DNA of 51,869 nt from an uncultured Pseudomonadota bacterium (lineage in GTDB: Bacteria; UBA10199; CAZHVX01), in NCBI GenBank assembly GCA_964536295.1, contig CAZHVX010000001.1, positions 1 through 51,869 of the forward strand. Reading direction: 5' to 3'. The notes under the pieces were generated by a model. The model was not told where the DNA came from and made no database searches. It saw nothing but the letters and a program-made list of their open reading frames with translations. This document shows positions 16,335 to 24,569 of the stretch, in pieces (positions within the stretch are counted from its first letter, which is position 1; each line of letters starts with the position of its first letter). Position numbers and translations under genes: made by a program.

Positions 16335-18836
16335 ATGACAATACGGGCATATGATCCAAAAACGATAGAATTAAAGTGGCAGGATTTTTGGGAAAAGAAG
16401 AAAACCTTCAAAGTAAAACATCTCAAGGATAAGAAAAAGTATTACATCCTTGAAATGCTACCATATCCGTCAGGCGCACTGCATATGGGACACGTTCGCA
16501 ACTATTGTCTAGGGGACGTTCCTGCACGATATTACATGATGAAGGGTTACAACGTTCTTCATCCAATAGGGTGGGATGCGTTTGGAATGCCCGCGGAAAA
16601 TGCCGCTATCAAACATAAAGCACATCCGGCAGATTGGACAAAGCAGTGCATCGAGACAATGCGCGGTCAATTAAAGGCCCTTGGATATTCCTATGATTGG
16701 GATCGCGAAATCGCCACATGTGAGCCGGAGTATTATAAGTGGGAACAGTTGATCTTCACGAAACTCTTCGAAAAGGGTTTGGCATATAAAAAAGCCTCTT
16801 TGATCAATTGGTGCGATAAGTGCGCAACCGTTCTTGCAAATGAACAGGTTGAGGGGGGCTATTGCTGGAGATGTTCTTCTGTTGTTCAGCAAAGACCCAT
16901 GGAACAGTGGTATTTAAAGATCACCGATTATACCGAAGAACTGTTGTCGGATATTGATGATAAGCTTCAGGGGTGGCCGGATCGTGTAACGGTAATGCAA
17001 AAGGAGTGGATCGGAAAGAGCCACGGCACCTGGATCGAATTTCTGATCGAGGGCGAGGAAGAACCTTTAAAGATATTTACAACGCGCCCTGACACGCTCT
17101 TCGGCGTAACTTTTATGTCACTGGCTTGTGAACATCCACTGGTAATGAAACTGGCAAAAAAATATGGCAAAGAAAAGGAAATGTCTAATTTTATTCAAAA
17201 GGCTGCCAAAATCGATCGCATGAATCGCCTGGAGGAGAACTACGAAAAAGAGGGCGTCTTTACGGGTGCGTATTGCATCAATCCAGCCACCCATGACAAG
17301 GTCCCAATCTTTGCAGCCAACTTCGTTTTAATGGAATATGGAACAGGTGCAGTCATGGCCGTCCCGGGTCATGATCAGAGGGATTTTGAATTTGCCAAAA
17401 AGCATAAGCTTCCAATCAAAGTAGTTATTCAACCAACATGTCATCCTGAGCAAAGCGAAGCCCGCCTTGCCGCGAGACAGGGATCCAGTGGCAACACCCT
17501 GGATTCTTCACTAGATCCACTAACCATGATAGAAGCATATGAGGGCGAAGGCGTTATGGTAAATTCCGGCGAATTCAATAACCTTCAGAACGTTAAAGGA
17601 ATCGCTGAGATTACAAAATACCTTGAAATACACGGCGTTGGAGGCCCAACCGTAAACTATAAGTTGAAGGATTGGTGCGTGTCCAGACAGCGGTATTGGG
17701 GTGCACCGATTCCAATTATTTATTGCGACAAATGCGGAACGGTTCCCGTTCCTGAAAAAGATCTGCCGGTAGAATTGCCACGAGATGTCGAATTTACAGG
17801 AGAAGGGGGCTCTCCGCTAACCAAGGTTAAAGAATTCGTAAATTGTAGGTGCCCAAAGTGTAAGGGGAACGCAAGACGCGAAACGGACACAATGGACACC
17901 TTTGTGGAATCCAGTTGGTATTTCTTACGCTACGCATCCCCGCACTATAAAAAGGGCCCTGTTGACCCCAAAGAGATGAAATTTTGGCTACCCGTGGATC
18001 AATACATCGGAGGAATTGAACACGCCGTGGGTCACCTGATGTATTGCCGTTTTTGGACCAAAATTTTAAGGGATTTGGGGTATCTCGAATTTGCGGAACC
18101 CGTTAAAAATCTCATGACACTTGGAATGGTCATTAAAGACGGCGTCAAGATGAGCAAATCCAAGGACAATGTTGTTTCCCCTGATGAAATGATCGAAAAA
18201 TACGGCGCCGACACTACTCGTATTTTCAGTTTATTTGCAGCTCCTCCCACAAAGGATCTTGAATGGAACGAGCAGGGGGTCGAAGGATCGCATCGTTTCT
18301 TGGGACGCGTTTGGCGCATTGTGCAAGGGTATCTTGAAACGAAAAAACACGCAGATAAAAACTCCGAGGAACTTAACAAGTGGATGCACAAGACCATCAA
18401 GCGTGTGACAGATGATATCGAACGTTATCACTTCAACACAGGCATTTCGGCAATCATGGAGTATATTAACTTCCTCACACAGCAAGAGCCCAAGGATTTG
18501 ACAAAAGAAGCAATTGAGGCGCTGATACTTTTAATATCGCCATTTGCTCCGCATATAACTGAAGAGATGTGGAAATTGACGGGACACAAAAAATCAATAG
18601 TCACTGCAAGTTGGCCATCATATGACAAAAACGCCCTCGTTGAGGATTTGATGCTTATAGTTGTTCAGATAAATGGCAAGCTTCGCGACAAACTGGATGT
18701 GCCTGTTGATATGGATCAGAAAGAGATTAAGAAATTAGCTCAGGACTCGAATAAGGTAAGGTCCCATACCGACGGCAAAAATATTGTTAAAGTAATCTAC
18801 GTACCAAAGAAGTTGGTAAATATTGTTGTGAAATAA
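16335..18836 (+). CDS. leuS: Leucyl-tRNA synthetase
   Basis: HMGH (HIGH-type) and KMSKS motifs, a CP1 editing domain and zinc-finger cysteines. Carries an in-frame repeat insertion at 17438-17509. Confidence 0.95.
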   Translation: MTIRAYDPKTIELKWQDFWEKKKTFKVKHLKDKKKYYILEMLPYPSGALHMGHVRNYCLGDVPARYYMMKGYNVLHPIGWDAFGMPAENAAIKHKAHPADWTKQCIETMRGQLKALGYSYDWDREIATCEPEYYKWEQLIFTKLFEKGLAYKKASLINWCDKCATVLANEQVEGGYCWRCSSVVQQRPMEQWYLKITDYTEELLSDIDDKLQGWPDRVTVMQKEWIGKSHGTWIEFLIEGEEEPLKIFTTRPDTLFGVTFMSLACEHPLVMKLAKKYGKEKEMSNFIQKAAKIDRMNRLEENYEKEGVFTGAYCINPATHDKVPIFAANFVLMEYGTGAVMAVPGHDQRDFEFAKKHKLPIKVVIQPTCHPEQSEARLAARQGSSGNTLDSSLDPLTMIEAYEGEGVMVNSGEFNNLQNVKGIAEITKYLEIHGVGGPTVNYKLKDWCVSRQRYWGAPIPIIYCDKCGTVPVPEKDLPVELPRDVEFTGEGGSPLTKVKEFVNCRCPKCKGNARRETDTMDTFVESSWYFLRYASPHYKKGPVDPKEMKFWLPVDQYIGGIEHAVGHLMYCRFWTKILRDLGYLEFAEPVKNLMTLGMVIKDGVKMSKSKDNVVSPDEMIEKYGADTTRIFSLFAAPPTKDLEWNEQGVEGSHRFLGRVWRIVQGYLETKKHADKNSEELNKWMHKTIKRVTDDIERYHFNTGISAIMEYINFLTQQEPKDLTKEAIEALILLISPFAPHITEEMWKLTGHKKSIVTASWPSYDKNALVEDLMLIVVQINGKLRDKLDVPVDMDQKEIKKLAQDSNKVRSHTDGKNIVKVIYVPKKLVNIVVK
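17438..17509. repeat. Truncated family A element (copy A3) inserted in frame in leuS
   Basis: By eye, about 48 of the first 51 nt match the reverse complement of copy A5 (30037-30145). 72 nt equals 24 codons, translated as CHPEQSEARLAARQGSSGNTLDSS. Confidence 0.85.
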
Positions 18837-18843
18837 TTTTTTC

Positions 18844-19058
18844 GACAGGATTAACTAGATTATGAATCAAAATTCGAAATTAAAATATCGAAAAACGAAA
18901 TGGTTCGACAGGCTCACCACCCTGAGAGAGTGTAAGCGAGTCGAAGGACAACTACGAAATAAGAAATTCGAATTTCGTGCCTTAAATTTCTTATTTGTTT
19001 CGATATTCGGATTTCCAGTTTCGGATTTAGTTCAAAATAATCCTGTAAATCCTGTCAG
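18844..19058. repeat. Composite family C element, copy C3 (GACAGGATTAAC ... AATCCTGTAAATCCTGTC) with a TTCGAA-rich core and a family A-type sub-module
   Basis: Terminal motifs are shared with C1, C2 and C4. The core aattcgaaat/cgaatttcg strings resemble 43170-43290. Positions 18920-18948 share the CCTGAG..GAGTCGAAGG module. Confidence 0.8.
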
Positions 19059-19073
19059 ATAAAAAATTTATTT

Positions 19074-20078
19074 ATGAAATTGACCATTCAACAACTTGAC
19101 CAGGAACTCCGTTCAAAGAAATTAAGGCCGGTTTATTTTATCTATGGAACGGAACACCACCTCTTAAATACCGCAGTTGAAAAGATCAAGGAAGCCGTTT
19201 TGGGAAAGACACCCCAGGATATGAGCTTCGATAGGTTTTCCGGTAAGGAAACTTCATTTGACAGAATAGTTGATGCGGCCCGCACTTTATCTATGTTTGG
19301 AGGACAAAAGCTTATCCTGGTTAAGGATGCTTCAAATATCAAAAAGGGCAACATTGAAGCGCTTCTTAATTTCCTTAAAAAACCGGAACCAAACAGTGTT
19401 ATGGTTTTGGTTGCAGAAAAAATTGATGGTAGGACAAAATTCGGCCAGGTTGTAAATAAGAATGCGGCGGTCCTTGAATGCAAACCATTGTATGAAAATC
19501 AACTTCCATCGTGGATACATATGGAGGCCCAGACAAAACAAAAGCGCTTTTCCCAGCAGGCCGCAATTTACCTTGCAGACATAGTTGGAAACGATTTGGG
19601 ACAGTTATCACAGGCGATAGAAAAGATAATTTTGTATGTCGGAAAAAAGCCCATTATCGATGTTGAAGATGTTGAAAAGGTTATCTCTGACACATCACAC
19701 AAAAGCGTTTTTAATTTCACCAATTCGTTGGGCAAAAAAGACAGAAGGGGATCGTTGAAACTTTTAAACAACCTGATGCGAAATGGCGAGATCCCATTGA
19801 TGGTATTTTCAATGGTAACAAAACATTTCAGGTTGTTACTAAAAGCGAAGGGGCTACTACAAAGACGCTTAGGGGAACACGAACTGGCTCAAGGCCTAAA
19901 GGTTCACCCATTTTTCGTTAAGGATTATGTATTTCAAAGTAATTTATTTTCTTTGGATGAACTCAAAACAAAATTTCGTGATCTTTACGAAACAGATCGA
20001 GCGCTAAAATCAAGCAAACTCCCACGTCATTTAATCCTTGAAAAACTTATTCTGGAAACTTGTAGAAAACAGGGTTAG
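19074..20078 (+). CDS. holA: DNA polymerase III delta subunit
   Basis: About 334 aa with the typical N-terminus (L.PVYFIYG.E..L). It sits downstream of leuS, as in many Gram-negatives. Confidence 0.8.
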   Translation: MKLTIQQLDQELRSKKLRPVYFIYGTEHHLLNTAVEKIKEAVLGKTPQDMSFDRFSGKETSFDRIVDAARTLSMFGGQKLILVKDASNIKKGNIEALLNFLKKPEPNSVMVLVAEKIDGRTKFGQVVNKNAAVLECKPLYENQLPSWIHMEAQTKQKRFSQQAAIYLADIVGNDLGQLSQAIEKIILYVGKKPIIDVEDVEKVISDTSHKSVFNFTNSLGKKDRRGSLKLLNNLMRNGEIPLMVFSMVTKHFRLLLKAKGLLQRRLGEHELAQGLKVHPFFVKDYVFQSNLFSLDELKTKFRDLYETDRALKSSKLPRHLILEKLILETCRKQG

Positions 20079-20374
20079 GCCATTTTGTTGACTGATCTTG
20101 TCAAACGTGAATTGTAGCGTGAAGCTCTTTCCGCTGGGATAATGCCCTTGGTGGCTGTCTTATCAATAACCTTTATGGCCTCTACGAGGGTTTTCTTTGC
20201 AGCGGCCTTATCTTGGCTGGCAACCGCAATGCGGACCTTCTTAACCATAGTGCGCATAAAAGTCACATTTTGTTTATTTCTAGCGTTACGTTTTTCATTT
20301 TGACGATTACGCTTGATAGCTGACGAGTGACGTCCGATACCGATTTTCTTTTTTAATCTTGGATCTCCTGCCAT
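20075..20374 (-). CDS. rpsT: 30S ribosomal protein S20
   Basis: Basic protein with SAIKRNRQNEKRNARNK and a C-terminal KGIIPAERASRYNSRL. SD is AAGGAG. Confidence 0.9.
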   Translation of the reverse strand: MAGDPRLKKKIGIGRHSSAIKRNRQNEKRNARNKQNVTFMRTMVKKVRIAVASQDKAAAKKTLVEAIKVIDKTATKGIIPAERASRYNSRLTRSVNKMA

Positions 20375-20408
20375 TTTCCACTCCTTACGATTACATTTGA
20401 AACAGGAT

Positions 20409-20572
20409 AAACGCTGATAAACTCTGATGTTTTATTTAATCGGTATCTATCCTGCTATTTATAAAAGATTCACCTAAAACAACTCTTCAGGTATTATTTA
20501 ACCAATTTCCCTTCAAAACACAAACAAAAACCAAAATCAGCGTTCATCTGCGTTAATCCTGTTGCGTTTTTT
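20409..20572. repeat. Family C element, copy C5
   Basis: The right end aaaatcagcgttcatctgcgttaatcctgtt is the exact reverse complement of the left end of C4 (43131-43161). The left end shares gtttatcagcgtttatcc with the right end of C4. Confidence 0.85.
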
Positions 20573-20653
20573 CAATACATCTCCCTCAATTTGAGGTGCT
20601 TCTCTATAGGAAAACAATTGATATGTCAAGAATTTTACTGTATCCTGCCCGGG

Positions 20654-20728
20654 AGAACTTAGAACTTAGCTGAGAGTTATCTATAACAGACCTTTTCTCT
20701 CAGCTCTCAGCTAAGATCTCTCAGCTAG
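20654..20728. repeat. Family B palindromic repeat, copy B2
   Basis: agaacttagaacttaGCTGAGAG ... CTCTCAGCtCTCAGCtaagatCTCTCAGC. The last arm ends 9 nt before the murJ ATG. Confidence 0.85.
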
Positions 20729-20734
20729 CACAAT

Positions 20735-22306
20735 ATGACAGAACACAAAAACATCACAAAACGTACCGGAATTGTTAGCTTTTTTACGCTTATAAGCCGT
20801 ATTTTCGGCCTCATTCGCGATATCGTGGTGGCAAATTTCTTTGGTGCAACCTGGTTTGCCGATGCATTCTACATGGCATTCACCATCCCAAATATCCTAC
20901 GGCGCCTCTTTGCCGAAGGAAGCATGACCATAGCCTTTATTCCGATATTCTCTGAGTATTTGAAAAAATCCAAAGACGAAGCAAAGAGGGTGGTCAATAT
21001 CACCTTCACATATCTGCTTCTTTTCCTCGTAATTGTTACCATCATCGGAATTATCTTCGCACCTTACATAGTAAAATTAATGGCATGGGGTTTTTCAGCC
21101 AATCCGGCCAAGTTCAACCTGACGATATACCTCACCATGTTGATGTTTCCATACATCATCATGGTGAGCCTGGTTGCCTTGGCGATGGGCATTTTAAATA
21201 GCCTAAAACATTTTTCATCACCAGCAGCTTCGCCAATTGTACTGAATATCGGGATCATCGCGGTGGCGCTCTTTCTCAGAAACTATTTTGATCCCCCCGT
21301 TCTGGCGCTGGCAGCCGGTGTGCTAATCGGTGGCATGTTACAGATCGCACTACAAATTCCATTCCTGGTAAGGGAAGGATACTTGCCTCGCTTTAGCGAC
21401 GAGTTTAAGCATGAAGCCGCTAGAAAGATTGGTAAGTTATTCATACCTTCAATCTACGGCGCTGCGGTCTACCAACTTAATGTTGTAATCATAAGATTGC
21501 TTGCATCATTTTTACCACATGGATCCGTTTCATATCTTTGGTACTCAGATCGACTGATGGAATTTCCACTGGGAGTATTTGCGATTGCGGTTGCAACCGC
21601 AATCTTACCCACGCTCTCCGATCACGCTGCAGAACAGAATTGGACCGAGTTTAAGAAAGATATGAATTTCGGATTAAGACTCACCTGGTTCATTACCGTT
21701 CCAGCCGCAGTTGGACTAATTATGTTATCAACTCCAATAACCAAAGTTGTTTATGAGCGTGGCATGTTTGATGCGTTTTCTACGCAGGCCACGGCAAGCG
21801 CCCTGATGGCATTTGCAATCGGCTTACCATTTATCGGTGGAGTTAGAATAATCGTTCCTGCATTCTACGCACTAAAAGATGCGCTAACCCCCGTAATAAT
21901 TTCGACGATTGCGGTTGCATCAAACATAATACTTGGTTTGGTCCTGATGCACCCCATGAAACACAATGGTCTAGCGCTTGCTATAAGCGTCTCTGCGCTT
22001 ATCAACTTTGTTCTACTGTTATTCTTTTTACGAAAGAAAGTGGGGCTCTTGGGGATCCGTAAGTTGGCCTTATCAACTGCTAAGATAGCTCTGTGCGCAG
22101 GTTTGATGGGTGCAGTTTTATATGGAGCAACCCACCACGGCGACACTTTTTTTCATAGTGGACGTATTTACAGAAACGCTCTAGATCTTGTCACCGTTAT
22201 AACAATGGGAATGATGACCTTCTTCATCTCTGCATGGCTTGTTAAGTGTGAAGAACTAAAACCAATTACAGAAATCGTTTTAAGTAAAATAAAAAAGAAA
22301 CATTGA
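20735..22306 (+). CDS. murJ: Lipid II flippase MurJ (MviN)
   Basis: 14-TM MOP-family protein with the N-terminal signature RIFGLIRDIVVANFFGA..DAF..AF.IPN.LRRLFAEG. Confidence 0.9.
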   Translation: MTEHKNITKRTGIVSFFTLISRIFGLIRDIVVANFFGATWFADAFYMAFTIPNILRRLFAEGSMTIAFIPIFSEYLKKSKDEAKRVVNITFTYLLLFLVIVTIIGIIFAPYIVKLMAWGFSANPAKFNLTIYLTMLMFPYIIMVSLVALAMGILNSLKHFSSPAASPIVLNIGIIAVALFLRNYFDPPVLALAAGVLIGGMLQIALQIPFLVREGYLPRFSDEFKHEAARKIGKLFIPSIYGAAVYQLNVVIIRLLASFLPHGSVSYLWYSDRLMEFPLGVFAIAVATAILPTLSDHAAEQNWTEFKKDMNFGLRLTWFITVPAAVGLIMLSTPITKVVYERGMFDAFSTQATASALMAFAIGLPFIGGVRIIVPAFYALKDALTPVIISTIAVASNIILGLVLMHPMKHNGLALAISVSALINFVLLLFFLRKKVGLLGIRKLALSTAKIALCAGLMGAVLYGATHHGDTFFHSGRIYRNALDLVTVITMGMMTFFISAWLVKCEELKPITEIVLSKIKKKH

Positions 22307-22338
22307 AAATTATATTAACGTATATTATAATCCTACTT

Positions 22339-22536
22339 ATGAAAAAAATTTGGATCAACAAAGCCAAAACATTTAAAGAAGCTCAGGATTTTGACCGCAA
22401 TTACTATTATAAAATGTCCAGCTCTGAAAGACTGGAAATTATGCAATTTTTGAGGAATATTTACTCAAAATTTGAGGAGAATATAAACAATGAAAGTAGA
22501 AAAAGACTACGAAGGGTTGTTAAAATTATTCAATAA
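22339..22536 (+). CDS. Small hypothetical protein (65 aa), probable partner of the downstream nucleotidyltransferase
   Basis: The ATG at 22339 is preferred over the TTG at 22303. Its 3' end overlaps the next gene by 47 nt. No recognised domain. Confidence 0.5.
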   Translation: MKKIWINKAKTFKEAQDFDRNYYYKMSSSERLEIMQFLRNIYSKFEENINNESRKRLRRVVKIIQ

Positions 22537-22951
22537 ACATAATGTTAGATATTGTATCGTGGGTGCCTTTGCGGTAGCTTTTTACGCCATACCAAGGTAT
22601 ACAAAAGATATTGATATCCTGGTTGAGCCTAATATTGAAAATGCCCAAAAAATATTAGATGCTCTCAACGAATTTGGATTTAGGAGCCTGGATCTAAATC
22701 TCGACGATTTTAGCAAGGCGAATGGAATTATTCAGTTAGGCATCGAACCAATTAGGATAGACCTAATTACCTCCGTTGGTGATCTAAATTTCGAACGGAT
22801 ATGGAAAAATAGATCAAAGGGCAACTACGGAAGTGAAACTGTTAATTTTATTGGATTAGATGAATTAATCAAAAGCAAACAAATAGCCAACCGCAGTCAA
22901 GATCAGGCCGATTTAGAAATCCTTATTGTTTCAAAAAACAATAATAAATAA
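22490..22951 (+). CDS. Minimal nucleotidyltransferase-fold protein (TA-like / defence-associated NTase family)
   Basis: VGAFAVAFYAIPRYTKDIDILV matches the hG[GS]x9-13 D-h-D-h NTase signature. About 150 aa. Confidence 0.65.
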   Translation: MKVEKDYEGLLKLFNKHNVRYCIVGAFAVAFYAIPRYTKDIDILVEPNIENAQKILDALNEFGFRSLDLNLDDFSKANGIIQLGIEPIRIDLITSVGDLNFERIWKNRSKGNYGSETVNFIGLDELIKSKQIANRSQDQADLEILIVSKNNNK

Positions 22952-22955
22952 AAAA

Positions 22956-23168
22956 TCACCACCAGGCACCACGGTCCTTATAGGTTTTAATGAAATTCTT
23001 AATGGAGCGATCGTATCCGGCCTCTACATCATCTGGAAAATAACACGCAGGAAGCTCTCCCATCTTGCGATGATAATGCAAACAATCACAACAGACACCT
23101 GTCTTGTTGCATGATGAGTATGTACAGTTACATCTAGCCTTGTTTCTTTGGATGTTGCACTCTGTCAC
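22956..23168 (-). CDS. Small cysteine-rich protein (70 aa), function unknown
   Basis: GTG start with an AAGGAGAG SD. Nine Cys are arranged C..CNC...C....CC.C...........C, which suggests metal or Fe-S binding. Confidence 0.55.
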   Translation of the reverse strand: MTECNIQRNKARCNCTYSSCNKTGVCCDCLHYHRKMGELPACYFPDDVEAGYDRSIKNFIKTYKDRGAWW

Positions 23169-23183
23169 CTTGCTCTCCTTGAA

Positions 23184-23248
23184 AGAACTTTGAACTTAGC
23201 TGAGAGCTGAGCGTTTTTTCTCTCAGCTAAGATCTAAGCACTAAGTAC
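23184..23248. repeat. Family B palindromic repeat, copy B3
   Basis: agaactttgaacttaGCTGAGAGCTGAGCgttttttCTCTCAGCtaagatctaagcactaag. It overlaps the mazG stop codon and lies about 15 nt upstream of the Cys-rich gene start. Confidence 0.8.
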
Positions 23249-24014
23249 TAGTTTTAATAAACTGCCAAACCTCTTCCATCTCCTCAACTGTCATCTTCTT
23301 TAAGTCAAGCCCACGCTTTTTGATTTCATCTTCCATCTTGTGAAAACGTTCAACAAACCTATTGTTCGCCTTGCGCAGGGCCTCCTCGGGATTGATATCC
23401 AAAAAACGTCCCGCGTTTGCTAGACAAAATAGGATATCACCGAACTCGTGTTCGATCTCTTTTTTAGGCAAACCTTTTTGTTGCGCTTCATGAAGCTCGT
23501 GAACTTCTTCTTCAAGTTTTTCTAAAATACCTTCGGTATCGTCCCAGTCAAAACCAACTCGCGCTGATTTCTGACCCAGGCGATATGCCTTTAAAAGGGA
23601 TGGGAGAACCTTCGGCACTCCACCCAAAAGGGATTTTTTACCTTCCTTGATCTTGATATGCTCCCAGTTTTGCAAAACCTCTTTAGAACTTTTCACCTCT
23701 ACTTCACCGAAGACATGAGGATGCCTTCGAATCAATTTTTCACATATGGAGTCTATTGCATCATCAATCGTGAACTTTTTTTCTTCAGCCGCAAACTGCG
23801 CATAAAACACAATCTGCAAGAGCATATCCCCAAGTTCCTCTTTAGTATTATCCCAATCGCGATTGTCGATAGCATCAAAAAGCTCATGCACCTCCTCAAG
23901 GGTATAGGCCTTGATGTCATCTATGCTTTGTTCACGATCCCACGGGCAACCGCCGGGAGCCCTCAGTTTGGCCATTATATCGACCAGTTTTTGAAATTTT
24001 TCATTAGTTTTCAT
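23241..24014 (-). CDS. mazG: Nucleoside triphosphate pyrophosphohydrolase MazG
   Basis: Tandem MazG domains with CPWDREQ, EE..E...A and EE.GD motifs. Start moved to the ATG at 24014. Confidence 0.85.
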   Translation of the reverse strand: MKTNEKFQKLVDIMAKLRAPGGCPWDREQSIDDIKAYTLEEVHELFDAIDNRDWDNTKEELGDMLLQIVFYAQFAAEEKKFTIDDAIDSICEKLIRRHPHVFGEVEVKSSKEVLQNWEHIKIKEGKKSLLGGVPKVLPSLLKAYRLGQKSARVGFDWDDTEGILEKLEEEVHELHEAQQKGLPKKEIEHEFGDILFCLANAGRFLDINPEEALRKANNRFVERFHKMEDEIKKRGLDLKKMTVEEMEEVWQFIKTST

Positions 24015-24097
24015 GCGGGTAAATGTAATGTAATACGGGGCCTTGCGCAATCAAATAAGCCTTGCCAGTGACTGTCAAATAGTATAAACATAACTCC

Positions 24098-24562
24098 ATG
24101 ATATTTCAGACGAAAAAGTATATCGATACAAAAAAAGGGGTAGATTTTGTTAATATCCATCACGATGTTAAATTCACGATCCGTGATTCCAAAATCAAGG
24201 ATGGTCAGGCAAATATTTTTATAGTAAAGGGGAGCGCCGGCGTCATCGTAGTTGAGCCATTGGAAGAAGTTTTCACTGCATTGAAATCCACATTTGAAAG
24301 TTGGGGTGCTCAAAGCACAGGAACCGGCATGGACAAGTGGAAAAAAGAAACTTCAATTTCACCCAGGATCCAATCGGTTATAAATGGAAGAAGTTTGGCG
24401 GTTCCAATAATCGCATCCCAGTTAACAGTAGATGCGTATGACGAACTATTTATAGTCGATTTTGAAGAGGAAGCTCGACGTCTTGAATACATCATTCAGA
24501 TCGTCGGTGAGGGAGAGGCCAAGCAAGGGGGACAAGGTGGTGGACCGCAAAAGCGATACTAG
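24098..24562 (+). CDS. Divergent YjbQ/UPF0047-like protein
   Basis: Length and motif order resemble YjbQ (F.T.K.I.T..G.DFVNI ; SPRIQSVINGRSLAVPI ; LFIVDFE). The His residues conserved in YjbQ appear to be replaced. C-terminal Gly/Gln-rich tail. Confidence 0.4.
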   Translation: MIFQTKKYIDTKKGVDFVNIHHDVKFTIRDSKIKDGQANIFIVKGSAGVIVVEPLEEVFTALKSTFESWGAQSTGTGMDKWKKETSISPRIQSVINGRSLAVPIIASQLTVDAYDELFIVDFEEEARRLEYIIQIVGEGEAKQGGQGGGPQKRY

Positions 24563-24569
24563 CGTATCC

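Noticed and set aside
18862-19062. 66-aa ORF between leuS and holA; also a GGTTCGA string at 18902 that resembles a tRNA T-arm
   Set aside because: The ORF is wholly repeat-derived (composite C3, ending NPVNPVR from AATCCTGTAAATCCTGT). No acceptor or anticodon stems can be drawn around the GGTTCGA string.
22303-22951. Possibility that the 77-aa and 153-aa ORFs are one frameshifted gene
   Set aside because: The second ORF has a complete, typical NTase N-terminus starting at its own ATG, and the first ends in a natural-looking basic C-terminus. The overlap looks like translational coupling, but only homolog comparison would settle this.
23658-24313. ORFs 23658..24071 (+) and 24011..24313 (-)
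   Set aside because: They are antisense shadows of mazG and the YjbQ-like gene, with no motifs or SD.
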